Shown in pieces: positions 1 through 14,623 of a stretch of 64,000 nt of DNA. Each line of letters starts with the position of its first letter. Within the stretch, counting starts at the first letter, position 1. Both the position numbers and the translations under genes were made by a program. The notes under the pieces were generated by a model that was not told the origin of the DNA, did not search any database, and saw only the letters and a list, made by a program, of their open reading frames with translations. Source of the stretch: Octopus vulgaris. Lineage: Eukaryota. The stretch lies in contig OX597832.1 in the NCBI GenBank assembly GCA_951406725.2, forward strand, positions 37,324,001 through 37,388,000, in the 5' to 3' direction.

Positions 1-63
<63 letters not shown>

Positions 64-64
64 G

Positions 65-105
<41 letters not shown>

Positions 106-115
106 GTTATTATTA

Positions 116-203
<88 letters not shown>

Positions 204-204
204 G

Positions 205-256
<52 letters not shown>
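1..256. repeat. (ATT)n microsatellite
   Basis: Near-pure ATT array with a few GTT interruptions. Confidence 0.98.
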
Positions 257-801
257 GTTGAGAGATGGCCAAGTACCAAAGTGTCCGGCTAAAAGTTGAG
301 TGCAAATCAATCAAATATCCATAATCCTCTGTAATCCAGTGAAAGGTCAAATATATCTGAATACCAAGAGTAAGGTCAAGGAGTCGAGTGTCTCGTAGAA
401 GACACATAAAATACTCAGGACGTTGGCGGGTATTGTGGTGGTAGCGGTGGCGGGGATGATTGCGGTGGCGGGAGTTGTGGTGTTGAAGGTGAGTGGAGGA
501 GATGTATTATAATTACACGCAAACAAATCCTTACCGGAAAATTACATACATACATACACGCATACATACATACACGCATACATACATACGTACATACATA
601 CGTACATGCATACATACGCACACGCACGCACGCACATGTATATAAATATTTATATACATATGCATGAACACACACACACATATACGTATATATATAGAGA
701 GAGTGAGAGAATATCTTCTTTCATTCTCTCTCCATATATATGTACGTATATGTATGTGTATATGTATATATATATATATATGTGTGTATATATATATATA
801 C

Positions 802-885
<84 letters not shown>

Positions 886-939
886 TTGGAATTACTTGGA
901 AATGGATGCGTGGCGTTCGATCATATAATATATAATAAT

Positions 940-992
<53 letters not shown>

Positions 993-1370
993 CATACATA
1001 TGTGTACATGCATACATATATATGTATATATACATGCATATATGGTGTTCAGGACGTAAAACAAAAACGTGAACAAAATGAAAAATGAGAACATAAAAAA
1101 ACAAAATATGGAAAAGGAACTTTTTTTCGAACAACGAAAGAAACAAATAGAGAAACGGGACAGGCAACATAAAGAACAATCCATTCATCAGTTGTCCTCT
1201 GTTTTATCTACTCCGCATTTCGAAGGTTGGGAGAAGACGCGACTTCGTTGAAACAGTCCTTCCCGCAAAGCAAATTAAATGAAATTTGGGATTTTTGAGG
1301 AGGGTTATTAGTGCTAACAAAAACAAGACAGTAAGAACAAAATAGTAAAAACAAAGGGTGAGGGCTGTTA
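886..1370. mobile_element. Non-autonomous Penelope-like/pLTR-type repeat (family P), modules X-(TA)n-Y-Z
   Basis: ACTTGGAAATGGATGCGTGGCGTT module recurs at 56035 and, inverted, at ~34960. The GACGCGACTTCGTTGRAACAGTCCTTCCCGCAAAGCAAATTAAAT module recurs at 34369. Minus strand has GAAA...CTGATGA motifs. Confidence 0.6.
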
Positions 1371-1582
1371 AGCCATTACGCATAAAAAATGAGGTACTGA
1401 GGTCGAATCTTTCGGTTAAAATTTAAGGCGGTGCTAATGACTGAAACAAGTAAAAGATAAAAAACAAGGTGAGATTCCTATCATGTAGAAAAAGCAAAAC
1501 GAAGAAGAGATAATTCAAAGAATTAGGAATTTCCTTAAGCTGATTTAGATTCTTAGTTAAAAGACAGTTAATGTTTGTTTAG

Positions 1583-1612
1583 GGCATGTTTCGGTTTATC
1601 AGATCTCGTCAG
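1583..1612 (-). ncRNA. Degenerate minimal hammerhead ribozyme motif
   Basis: Minus strand CTGACGA-gatctgataaacc-GAAA-catg-CC; stem II mismatched and cleavage-site U mutated. Confidence 0.35.
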
Positions 1613-2518
1613 CATATTTTCGTCTCATTAATTGCACACAGTTAAACTCCTCTCGTTAAGTTGAAATGTTGGAGATGATCACAGTCTCTAATTAACATAA
1701 TGCTTAACATACCAACAATTTATGGTGGGTCACTGAGTGAACCGCTACATGGTCTGCTAGAAATAACAGCCAAATCTTTTTCGAATCATATTTTACTCTA
1801 TTGAATAAAAGAATAGAAAGAATTCTACGTATTCAGCATCACATCGAGCAAGAGTAACATTTGAAATATTCAAAGTGCTTCAAATTGCTGTTAACGCTGT
1901 ATGCAGTGCGGATGATGAAGTCTTTGTAGAATTCCGTAGCAGAAAACAGATTGGGTAATTGAGGCACGGTTGCCATGAAAATACAATGTAGAGAAAACCA
2001 ACAATTTGAAGACTTTATCCCGATTTTCACTTCAGGGTTGGCGTTATTATAACTCGTATTAGACATTTCTATTTTTGACGGCTAATTTTATTTACTGTAA
2101 CTTTACAATAATGATGTTGAGAGCGACATTGAATTTGATCTACTGCGATAAAATGTGATGTTATCTATATAAGAATATCTGCCCGACTTCATAGTTTTCT
2201 GGCCGAACCTTCTCCAGGCTCATGCAAAACGCTGGTACTAACACTGTATGTACCGATGTCCCAAGGACATAGATAAATAAATAAGTAGATAGATAGTTAA
2301 ATAAATAGCTATTCAGATAGAGGAATAGCTGACTAGCTATTTAGGTAAACAGACAGACATATACTCACTTATTGATAGATATATTATTTTATATTAAAAT
2401 TTAGTAGAATCATCAGAGCGACTCAACAGTCGAGAATTTTGAGTGTTAGTACTTCTCAAAGTAGTTACAAATCAAAGGATTATAAATTTATATACTGGTG
2501 ATAATGGTATTTCCCTGG

Positions 2519-2603
<85 letters not shown>

Positions 2604-2619
2604 GGATAGACATAGATAA

Positions 2620-2673
<54 letters not shown>

Positions 2674-2901
2674 CGAGGGAGATAGATAAATAGATAGAGA
2701 GATAGAGAGAGTTAGACATGTCACACTGCTATTGATATATGTGTAATATAGGAACCGCCATAAACAGTGAAGTAAGGAAAAAGTAGTCAGCAAGTAATGT
2801 GTAATAAATTATTTCTAATATTTAATATTTTCTTTTCAGGCTAAAACGCTGGCGATTTATTAAATAGAAACGAAACATATTGGCGCACTCACTGGCCACT
2901 T

Positions 2902-3449
2902 TGTTACAGGTATTAACTGATTTCCCAGCAGGGGGTCATTCTATAATGAAATCCTGAATGACGACGATGAGAATGTGAAGGAAGGGCAGGAGATGTGAAG
3001 GGAGGAAGTTCGCCGAAAGAAAGATGATGTTGTTGTTATTGTTATCGAGCAGTAGCGGGAAGATCTGTTTTAGTCGATCGAGCGTAGTTGTTCGTTGTAG
3101 TCTTGATATATCTCGTTTTTGTTTATTATGATAAAATATTCATTGCAGGGTTAAGTGTCACGTGCTATTGGTTGGTGTGTTGTACGTATTGATATCTAAT
3201 GATACTGTTGTGTTATTGGTGCTCTGTATTGATGTAGTGTTGTGTTGTGTAATGTTAATATACTTTTAATGAATTGGTGTAGAGGAGGAGCACAAAAAGG
3301 GGGAGGTTCTCTCCAGGCCAGAGAACTGATTAGAAGGATTGAAACTCTGTGTACTCCACTAAAGATACCAAAAGGCTGGCAGGTTGGCTTAAACTGGGTT
3401 AGGAATTAAGTCTCCATAAAGTGCAGTCCAACCACCGAGATTCCACACA
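2902..3449 (-). mobile_element. Possible LTR with adjacent PBS-like TGG
   Basis: Minus strand TGTGTGG...TGTAACA followed by aagTGGccagtgag; internal AATAAA; no TSD or coding region seen. Confidence 0.25.
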
Positions 3450-3495
3450 ATATCTATATTAACGATATCACTCACGAGGTTTTGCCGACTCAAAA

Positions 3496-3961
3496 TTAAC
3501 TCTTCAATATTCCGGTCACTCTTTCTAATCTAAAATGCTTATTTATTCGCGTTGTTTCGAATTAATCATGCAATATGCCGTAGCTTCAAGATTTCAATGA
3601 TGCGATTGTTTATTTTTAGAATGACATTACTTCGGTTGTGGTATATTAAGTTTCAAGGCGGCGAGCTGGCAGAAACGTTAGTACGCCGGACGAAATGCTT
3701 AGCGGTATTTCGCCCGTCGCTACGTTCTGAGTTCAAATTCCACCGAGGTCGACTTTGCCTTTCATCCTTTCGGGGTCGATTAAATAAGTACCAGTTACGC
3801 ACTGGGGTCGATGTAATCGACTTAATCCGTGTGTCTGTCCTTGTTTGTCCCCTCTGTGTTTAGCCCCTTGTGGGTAATAAACAAATAGGTATATTAAGTT
3901 GCTATCCTACCCACCCCTGTGTATCTGTAACCGTGGTAGTAGTATTAGTGTAAGGAGTTAA
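3496..3961. mobile_element. TTAA-bounded piggyBac-like MITE remnant interrupted by a SINE
   Basis: ttaactctt ... aggagttaa ends; internal gattgtttatttttagaatgacatt is shared with 28160-28289, which ends gctaaaaggattaa. Confidence 0.35.
3655..3887 (+). mobile_element. tRNA-derived SINE family A (Meta-domain-like), full length
   Basis: aaggcggcgagctggcagaa head, B-box-like gagttcaaattcc, gtcgactttgcctttcatcctttcggggtcgat core; 13-bp TSD ggtatattaagtt (3640-3652 / 3888-3900). Confidence 0.92.
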
Positions 3962-4411
3962 CATGTCAAGGTGGTGGTTCTGCAACTGATTTTCTATATA
4001 TCGCTAGCGAGGGATGAGTCTCTGCTATCTCTAGCAATCGAGCGTCCATTACCAATGAGACCAAGGAAGGTTGAAATCACGTGATCTGGTAGTCTCGACG
4101 CTGGAGTTGGTGGGGAGTTACCTCCCCGCAAGCGATATAAGCAAGTGTGCATTCTGCACCAAAAGCCTATTGCAGTGGTGCGAGTGTGCAATGGTAGTAG
4201 CATTGTAGTGTTGTAGTGTGTGAGTGTGTGGTACCTATATGTTCTGGTAGTAGTGCGTGTGTGGTACCTATGTGTTTTGGTAGTGGTGCGAATGTATTGT
4301 GGTAGTAGTATCGTGGCGGTATTAGTGTGCAGTGCTTGTGTATTGTATTGGCATTATTGTGTGATGCCAGTGTTGTTGTTGTGATGGTGGTGGTATTGTT
4401 GGGGAGGTAGT

Positions 4412-4643
4412 AAGGCGGCGAGCTGGAAGAAACGTTAGCACGCCGGGCGAAATGCTTAGCGGTATTTCGTCTGCGTTACGTTGTGAGTTCGAATTCCGCC
4501 GAGGTCGACTTTGCCTTTCATCCTTTCGGGGACGATAAATTAAGTACCAGTTACGCACTGGGGTCGATGTAATCGACTTAATCCATTTGTCTGTCCTTGT
4601 TTGTCCCCTCTGTGTTTAGCCCCTTGTGGGTAGTAAAGAAATA
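4412..4643 (+). mobile_element. SINE family A, full length
   Basis: Near-identical to 3655-3887; flanked by aggtagtaag duplication. Confidence 0.92.
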
Positions 4644-5007
4644 GGTAGTAAGTGGTATTTGCGGTTATAATGCTATCTTACATGCTTCCGTGTAACACAC
4701 CGCCGTTATGACGATGGTAGTACATTGGTGGTGATGCTGGTGGTGGTGTAGTGATGAGGGCGACGTTGTGGCATTGGTGGTGACGTAGTGACAGTGGCGA
4801 TGGTGGTGATGGTGGTGTTGTGCCAGACACAACAGAGACAACCAATGTAGACCGCTGCAGTGAGAGTCTGGTGTCCTGGAGATTCGTGGGAGGTGGTTGA
4901 CAATTCAATACAGCATTTAGACCTTGATGTCACACTCGTGTGTGGATGCGTTTGTGTTTGTGTGTATGTGTGCTTGTATGCGTGTGTGAGTGTGTGTGTG
5001 TGTGTGT

Positions 5008-5063
<56 letters not shown>

Positions 5064-5566
5064 ACGCTCGTGTGGTTTTGTGGGGATAGAATGTGTCTCG
5101 TAGTTAATTGATAATTGAAATTATCAGGTATGAAACATGAAGGAACATTAGATTCTGAGCTGGATTCTGTAGATTAGAGATTGTATAATGAAGTGTATGA
5201 ATTAGACTATGTAGACAGGATTATTTGGATTAGACATTGTGGGGATTATCCAGTGTAGAAGAGACTGTGTGGATTTGCCTGTGTATCATAATTAGTTAGC
5301 ATGTGTGTAATGAATTTGTGTGGATCAGATTGTGTAGAATGGATCGTGCAGATTAGATTGAATGGAGTGTTTGGTTTAAAGTGTGTAGAGAGAATTCTGT
5401 ACATAAGAGTGTGCAGATGTGATATACGTGGGTCAAAAACTACAATATGGACGAGGAAAATATTTTAGGGAAACGTTCTTGCTAATTGTGCTCTTTCACC
5501 CGCAAATGCTAGAATTGTTTCCCTCATGTCAACGAGTGTATACTTATAATGGTATAAAAATTAATA

Positions 5567-5840
5567 TTCTTCTTCTTTTTCTTCTTCTTCTTCTTCTTCT
5601 TCTTCTTCTTCTTCTTCTTCTTCTTCTTCTTCTTCATCTCATTCTCCTCCTCCTTCTTCTTTTCATTATTATTATTATTATTATTGCTATTGCCATTATT
5701 ATTATTATTGTTGTTATTATTATTATTACTACTATTATTATTATTATTATTACTATTATTATTATTAATATTATTATTATTATTATTATTATTATTGTTA
5801 TTATCATTATTATTATTATTGTTGTTGTTGTTGTTGTAGT
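5567..5840. repeat. Compound (CTT)n-(ATT)n-(GTT)n microsatellite
   Basis: Direct reading. Confidence 0.95.
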
Positions 5841-5847
5841 TATTTCT

Positions 5848-6165
5848 CAAAAATGCTCAGCTGTATTTCGACCGTCTTCACGTTCTTATTTCGGGATCGA
5901 TAAAATAAGTGCCAGCTGGACACTGTGGTCGATGTAATCGATTTACCCCTCCCTCCCCTCAAAATTGCAGAATGTGTGCCAAAATTTGAAGCCATTATTT
6001 TTACCACTATTTCTAGCAAGGCAGAAATAGTGAGCTGGCAGAATCGTTAGCACGCTGGGCAAAATGCTAAGCGGTATTTCATCCGTCTTTACGTTCCTAG
6101 ATCAATTTCCACCGATGTCGACCCTACCTTTCAATCATTTGGGGGGCGATAAAACAGATACCAGT
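5848..6165 (+). mobile_element. Two diverged SINE family A fragments
   Basis: gagctggcagaatcgttagcacg head, gataaaataagt core, ccaaaatttgaa-type tail. Confidence 0.75.
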
Positions 6166-6201
6166 ATTACTATTTGAAACCAGTATTACTATTACTATTT
6201 C

Positions 6202-6240
<39 letters not shown>

Positions 6241-6243
6241 CAC

Positions 6244-6279
<36 letters not shown>

Positions 6280-6304
6280 CATTATTTTTGTCATTATTAT
6301 TATT

Positions 6305-6675
6305 GGAGGCGCAATGGCCCAGTGGTTAGGACAGCGGACTCGCGGTCGTAGGATCGCGGTTTCGATTCCCAGACCGGGCGTTGTGAGTGTTTATTGAGCG
6401 AAAACACCTAAAGCTCCACGAGGCTCCGGCAGGGGATGGTGGTGATCCCTGCTGTACTCTTTCACCACAACTTTCTCTCACTCTTACTTCTTGTTTCTGT
6501 TGTACCTGTAGGCCGGCTTTGTCACTCTGTGTCACGCTGAATATCCCCGAGAACTACGTCAAGGGTACACGTATCTGTGGAGTGCTCAGCCACTTACACG
6601 TTAATTTCACGAGCAGGCTGTTCCGTTGATTCAGATCAACCGGAACCCTCGTCGTCGTAACCGATGGAGTGCTTC

Positions 6676-6677
<2 letters not shown>
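6305..6677 (+). mobile_element. tRNA-derived SINE family C, full length, within (ATT)n
   Basis: A-box tggcccagtgg, B-box ggtttcgattccc; 3' half matches the minus-strand element at 33935; head matches 18703-18810. Confidence 0.85.
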
Positions 6678-6725
<48 letters not shown>

Positions 6726-6743
6726 GTAGTAGTAGTAGTAGTA

Positions 6744-6780
<37 letters not shown>

Positions 6781-6829
6781 TTATTGTTGTTGTTGCTATA
6801 TTCGTTATATCAGTTCATGTAGTAGCTGG

Positions 6830-7210
6830 GTGGTGTGAGGTAGTAGCTGTTGTTACGGCTGTTGTAGATGCAATTACTGTTGCTGTTGTTGATGTAGTTG
6901 TATTAGTATAGTGTAGAGTGGTAGCTGTAACTATTATGGCTGCCGTTGTTGTTGTGGTAGCAACTGTAATTTCTGTATGTGTTGTAGTATCTGTGTGGTG
7001 TGGATTAGTAGCTGTAACTATTATGGCTGATATTGTCGTTGTTCTTGTTGTAGTATAGGTGTGGTGCGGAGTGGTAGCTGTAACCATTATGGCTGACATT
7101 GTCGTTGTGGCTGATGTTGTAATTGCTGCTGTTGTTTGTTGTTGTTGTAGCATCTGTGCGGTATGGAGTGGTAGCTAACGAGCACAGCGTGGTGTATGTT
7201 GGAGTGGAGA
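6830..7210. repeat. Degenerate 60-90 bp minisatellite
   Basis: gtrgtagctgtaacyattatggctg recurs three times with related flanks. Confidence 0.75.
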
Positions 7211-7364
7211 CCATCAGATAATACATGTTAACTAGCAGCGGACTTAAAAATAGAAAACAGCAGAAAAGATCTTTTTTTTGTTTCGATGACATCCTTCTCT
7301 CGACACAGAATACAACGTTGTAGCTCTGACACTCACTCACTCACTCACTCACTCATTACATCTA

Positions 7365-7418
<54 letters not shown>

Positions 7419-7675
7419 TCTTCTTCTTCTTCTACTACTACTACTACTACTACTACTACGTGAGTCCTGATTAGAAGAAGAAGAAGAAGAAGAAGAAGAA
7501 GAAGACGAAGAAGAAGAAGAAGAAGAAGAAGAAGAAGAAGAAGAAGAAGAAGACGAAGAAGAAGAAGACGAACAAGAATAAGAAGGAGAAGAAGGAGAAG
7601 GAGAAGAAGAAAAAGAAGAAGAAGAAGAAGAAGAAGAAGAAGAAGAAGAAGAAGAAGGAGAAGAAGAAGAAGACA
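7365..7675. repeat. (CTA)n/(CTT)n/(GAA)n compound microsatellite
   Basis: Direct reading. Confidence 0.95.
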
Positions 7676-8570
7676 ACAGCAGCAAGCAATAACAACAGCA
7701 AAAACAATAGCATAAACACAGCACCAAGAAAAATGCCAAAGTCTTCGAAACAATCTTTTGGAGCTCGCGCGATCTTGTAGAGATAGCAACCAAATTTCTT
7801 TCAAAATTCAAGCGACCGTATTAACAATTAAAGAACGAAATAAAATATCGTAGTTGGAGATGCACAATGAAAAAGAAAACCCCAAAAACAAACAATTAAA
7901 AAAAAAAAAAAAAAGGTAGATCCATAGTTGGGATAGCTGTTATCACAGGTCAATTCGTTCAGGATTGACCCGGGGTTAAACAACCACATCAACCACAACA
8001 CTATCGATAACAACATCAGCATCGCTAACAACTACAACAATTATAAAAACGACAACGATGAGAGAGGAACAACAACAATTATAACAACCACATTAGCGTT
8101 AAAGAATATGACAACAAAAAGTCATTTAGTAAAGAAAGAGTAATCATCAAATATGGCCGACCATCTCTCCACAACAGCTCCACCTGGTGCGAGAATAATG
8201 TATAAATTGGAACGGCGCCAAATGGATGTGAAATATGTTTATTACAGTCTAATGTAGAGGTGTGTACTGTGGTAGTGGTATGTGTTTGGGTGCGCATGTA
8301 CACACACATACACACACACACATATATATATATATGCACGCATATCTGTATGTGTATATATGTATGTATGCATGTATATATATTCATATATATATATATA
8401 TACACGCTTATATATGTAAGAAGAGGGGGTGGGTGAGTTCAGTATTTAACCGAGTCTCCATGAATGAGGGAAGGTCATAATATGTTGGCAATATGGGGTG
8501 GAGTGGAGTATGACGGTGATATGGAGAGTAAATTAGTCTGTGAATGTGTACGTGTGTATGTTTGTGTGTG

Positions 8571-8623
<53 letters not shown>

Positions 8624-8706
8624 TAGGTGAGTCGTTAGTAGAAATGCAGTATGTATGCAAGAACAGATATGTGTGTATTTGTGTTTGTGTGTGTGTGTAT
8701 GTGTGC

Positions 8707-8776
<70 letters not shown>

Positions 8777-8874
8777 AACACAATATATGTGAGTGAATGA
8801 AACAAAGCTAATTCCATTAATTGACTTCCAGTGATTGAATCATATTACAACAACAATAACAACCACAGCAATAA

Positions 8875-9842
8875 TTTCCAACATAGGCACAAGGCCAGAA
8901 CGTTTTTCTTTTCTGTGGCGAGTGATCAGTCCATCATATCGACCTCAGTAGATGACTGGTATATTTTATCAACTAGATTGGATGAAGAGCAAAGCCGACT
9001 TCGGCGGGATTAGAACGTAAAATGACATAACTAAACACTATAAGGTAAATTGTGAGGGAGGTTATAATCGATTAAATCGAACTGTGAGTATTACTGCTAA
9101 TTTATTGCATCGATCTAGGTAGAATGAAAGGCAGAGGTAGGTCTGGTGGGATTTGAACTCAGTGTGTTGCTGAATATTGTCAGGAATGTTTTCCAGCACT
9201 CTGTTGTCTGTGCTGCTTCGTCAAAAACGTTATCTAACTTAGGTATAATGGCCACAAATCCTGGGAGATGAGCTGAGAGTATTATATTGACCACAGTACT
9301 TAACTGGTTGTTTAATTTAGCAGCCTTCAAAGGATAAAGTACTACGTCAAACCAGGCGGGATTTGAACTCGGAATGCAAAAGAACGTAATTAAAACAAAA
9401 CCAAAAACCGGTCGTATGTCATAATGGTGGTTCCGTTAAAAATAGCGGTTTCAAATTTTGGCACAAGGCCAGCAGTTTTGGGGGAGGGGTATGTCGGCTA
9501 CATTGACCTCAGTACTCTACTAGTACTTACCATATATTATCGCTGAAAGGGCTAAATGCGAAGTCGAACTCGGCGGAATTCGAACTCAGAACGTGAAGAC
9601 GAACGAAATGCCACAAACTATTTTTTGTCCGGTGTGCTAACGATTTTGTCAGCTCGCTTCCTTTAATAATAACAACAATGGTTTCAAATTTTGCTACAAG
9701 GGCAATAATTTTGGGGGAGGGGATGAGCCGATTACATCGACCCCAGTGTTCAACTGGTACTTATTTTATCGACCCTGAAAGGAAGAAAGCCGATCCCGGT
9801 GGAATTTGAACTCAGAATATAAAAGCCGGAAGAAATGCTGCA
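8875..9842 (-). mobile_element. Cluster of about five diverged SINE family A copies
   Basis: Repeated ggcacaaggccag tail, atcgaccccag and ggaatttgaactcagaa motifs (best copies 9447-9663 and 9678-9842). Confidence 0.8.
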
Positions 9843-10056
9843 AATAACAATTTTTTTCTTTATAAGCCACAATATTCGTTCATACGTGCAATAGACATGT
9901 TGGTTAAAAATATGTGAGGATGGACATGACACAGTTAGATAATGAGGAGGGAGGGGCGTTGCATAAAGGGAATATTAAAATAAATAAATACAGAACAAGC
10001 ATGAACTTGTATGTAAGACATTCTATAATTTAAACAAGATGTAATATTAAAGTAAA

Positions 10057-10106
10057 AACATGAACCACATTTAGGTTTACTCTTCCATGAAATATCGTCA
10101 GATGTT
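10057..10106 (-). ncRNA. Inactivated hammerhead-like motif
   Basis: Minus strand aacat-CTGACGA-...-TAAA(for GAAA)-tgtggt-TC-atgtt; 5-bp stem I intact, G12 lost. Confidence 0.35.
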
Positions 10107-10352
10107 CTTATGCAACCTAGCAGATGAGTGAGATCCTTATAACTAGTTTGGGTTTGAACACGCCACTACAGTAACCACCGGTTTCTTTTTGAAGTTGCTA
10201 TTCTTGAAAGTGCCTGCGAAATTACGAAATGCAGATTATAGACCGCTCTTGTAATTTTTCAGGTAGTTTATCATTTGGGTGCTTTACATAACATAGCAAG
10301 TAAGCACGAGGCATATTCTGTATTTCCTCGGACTTATATGTTAATCTTTGGC

Positions 10353-10427
10353 TTTCCTGCTGATGAGCACTTCGCCTAGCAAATTACTTTATTTGCTGAA
10401 GATAGCTTGAAACCATGGTCCAGAAAA
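10353..10427 (+). ncRNA. Type I hammerhead ribozyme candidate
   Basis: Stem I tttcctg/cagaaaa, CTGATGA core, stem II region containing agcaaat/atttgct, GAAA, palindromic ACCATGGT, GUC triplet at 10418-10420. Confidence 0.55.
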
Positions 10428-10660
10428 TAGATGGTAAATGTTTTTATTTTTCATTCCTTTTCGAAATTACCCCTAATTGTAGTTTGGATTTTAACTACTT
10501 CTTCTTGCGGTTTAGATGTCCGATTATAGCCATCTCATATGTGTTTAAATGTACACTGTATATATAATGAATAATATATAGTCTATTGACTAGATTTTCT
10601 ACACGATAGACCACGGTGGTAAAGAATTTCTAAATAATATTTTACCAACCTGAAATGTAT

Positions 10661-10695
<35 letters not shown>

Positions 10696-10736
10696 TAATG
10701 AAGACAGCTTTAAGCAATACAAACCAAAAAGGAATT

Positions 10737-10840
10737 ATTCAATTGTCATTAATTGTGGATTACGGTGCGGATTAGCGCCTATATTTGTAGCAATATAGGT
10801 GCTACACCGCACTCTTAATCATAATTAGTGACAATTGAAT
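10737..10840. repeat. Imperfect ~50-bp-arm fold-back between (TA)n tracts
   Basis: attcaattgtca...gcgcctatatt / aatataggtgc...tgacaattgaat with ~6-nt loop. Confidence 0.85.
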
Positions 10841-10917
10841 TTTTTCTTTTAGGCTTTATATATATGTGTGTGTGTGTGTGTATATGTGTCAGTGCGTCTG
10901 TGCGTATGTATGTAAAC

Positions 10918-11115
10918 ACGCCAACTGGCCGGAGACCAAGAGGTAAACGAAGAGTGCAATGGTTGGATAATAGCCATAGTAACATTTGGTCAAGCCTGGG
11001 AATCCAGGAGAAAAACGCAATGACGGCTGCTTTTCTTAGGATTCTAAGGGGTTGCGCCTAAGGAAGCCCCTTCCATGCTACTCCCAGGAATAGTGGGCAG
11101 CGAAAAAGAGTGAGA
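10918..11115 (+). mobile_element. RTE-clade (Expander-like) LINE 3' end
   Basis: PTGRRPRGKRRVQWLDNSHSNIWSSLGI resembles the RTE C-terminal GxRPRGRP..RW motif. Confidence 0.7.
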
Positions 11116-11169
<54 letters not shown>

Positions 11170-11171
11170 CT

Positions 11172-11290
11172 ATTACGCGGAGTTGATAAAATAGGGGACA
11201 ACTGATTAAGGAAATGTTCGTTATGTTGCCTGTCTCGTTTCTCATTTTGTTCACGTTTTTTCCGATGTCCTGTAGCCATATATGCATGTA
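11172..11290. mobile_element. Family P fragment (module Y, inverted relative to 1040-1220)
   Basis: gcggagttgataaaataggggacaactgattaagg...gatgtcctgtagccatatatgcatg. Confidence 0.65.
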
Positions 11291-11404
11291 TATATACATA
11301 TATATATACGTATGTACATATATGTATATATATATATATATGCATATTTTTATATATTATTTATATTATTATCTATGTATGTATGTATGTATGTATGTAT
11401 GTAT

Positions 11405-12935
<1,531 letters not shown>

Positions 12936-13744
12936 TACACACACACACATATTGTATATCTATATGTATACATGTATGTGTGTGTACATACATACATTAC
13001 ACATATATATATACACAGATGCATACACATGCACACACACACACCGGCGCGCGCGAGCAAACAAAATTACATACAATTCCCTGCATGTCTGCTATTTACT
13101 CACACGAGATATTCTTACGATACTAACAGAAGAGACAACGACAGTTTCATTGATGAAATTTCACTGAGTTAAATTTTTGGTTGGTTCGTTGTCGCCTGTG
13201 AGCAAATAACACTTCAATCCACACGACGCACTCATCACCGTTGTAATCCCTTATTAAAGGCAACAGTGTCAATATCAATATGCTCTCCCTATGATGTAAT
13301 ACTGTTACATTGCACGCACATACGTCATGTCATGAAGAAGCAGTATTCTACAGCTTTACCAAAATGTGAAGCCGTCATCTGACATACGCGTATGTATGTG
13401 TGCGCGTGGGTATCTGCGAGTGATGACGATATTTCATGGGTGGAAGATAAAATAGGAATAAGGCATGGGGGTGGAGGCACAAGCTCACCAAGGGTCCATG
13501 GTGCCGGAACAGCTGTGACATTTCCGGTTTCCCTTCTTGGTATTTCATTTCAATTATGACACAATACTAATACTTTTTGGAACGGTATGAACACCTCTGA
13601 ATCACAAATTGTTTTTGTTTTTCATTCTCTAAATATGAAACTGTGTGCAAACGAAGACATTAATGGCGGTGGATTAGTTGAATCAATAAAAAAGGCAGGA
13701 AGAACAGTTTTGGTTTGGCAAAATCAGAGATTAAATGATGATAT

Positions 13745-14130
13745 TGATTTTAAATCTTGGCACAGGACCAACAATTTCAGGGGTGAGGGGGTGAGTCGAT
13801 TACATCGATTCCAATGGTACTCCTTTTATCGACCCCCAAAAGGATAAAAGACACAGTCGGCCTCGGCAGAATTTGAACTCGCAACGTGAAGACGGACCAA
13901 TGCTGCTAAGCATTTCTCCTTTAAATGATGATATATTGGAAGAATCTTTAAAGCGTCGGTCAAAATATCTGGCAGTATTTAGCTAAGTCACTAGACGTTT
14001 TGAGTTCAAATCTCGCCCATGTTGGCTTTGTTTTTCAACCCTCTAGAAACAGTAAAATTTTTATCGGTTAAATAATGGGTTTGATCTTTGATCGATTGCC
14101 GCCCCTTAACTGCGTGGCTTTGTAATAAGA
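13745..14130. mobile_element. Two old SINE family A copies (minus then plus)
   Basis: ggcacagg tail and gaatttgaactc at 13760-13880; gagttcaaatctcgcc at 14001. Confidence 0.6.
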
Positions 14131-14497
14131 AAGATATTGAAAATCAATATTAAACTGGTTCACGCCTGGTAAACCACGTCTCATTGACGGGGCTACAGTC
14201 CTGGATCAAGTATAGACCCCACCATAAAAAAAAAGCGCTTGACACCTGGAGTGTCGGCAAGCGATCACTTTGAATTCTTACTATCGGGTAACTAATTTCA
14301 TGTTATTATATTACTGACTTCACAATTTGGGTATTCATAACTTATTGGGAATTCCTAAAAACATGATCCTGTGTAAGACAGTTCACTGTTCTCTGTAAAT
14401 GCATAAAAAACTGTTTTAAGGGCTATATACTTTGTATTGTTGTTACTGTATTAGTAAAACAATTATGAGAACAGAACCAAGGGATAAGCCTCGCTTT

Positions 14498-14524
14498 CCC
14501 GGGAATTACCGGGTACGTCAGCTA

Positions 14525-14525
<1 letters not shown>
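14498..14525 (+). mobile_element. Helitron 3' terminus
   Basis: GC hairpin cccgg-gaatta-ccggg, 8-nt spacer, CTAG followed by T; 5' end not located. Confidence 0.65.
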
Positions 14526-14574
<49 letters not shown>

Positions 14575-14623
14575 AAAGGCGGTGCTTCAGCATGGCTGCA
14601 GTCAAATGACTGAAACAAAAGAA

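Noticed and set aside
1837-2066. Open frames on both strands in unique sequence
   Set aside because: No recognisable domain and a weak, purine-rich acceptor context
6305-6378. tRNA gene
   Set aside because: Imperfect cloverleaf continuing into a SINE body; it is a SINE head
6815-7153. Mucin-like Thr-rich ORF
   Set aside because: By-product of a GTA/GTT-rich minisatellite; no signal peptide or splice support
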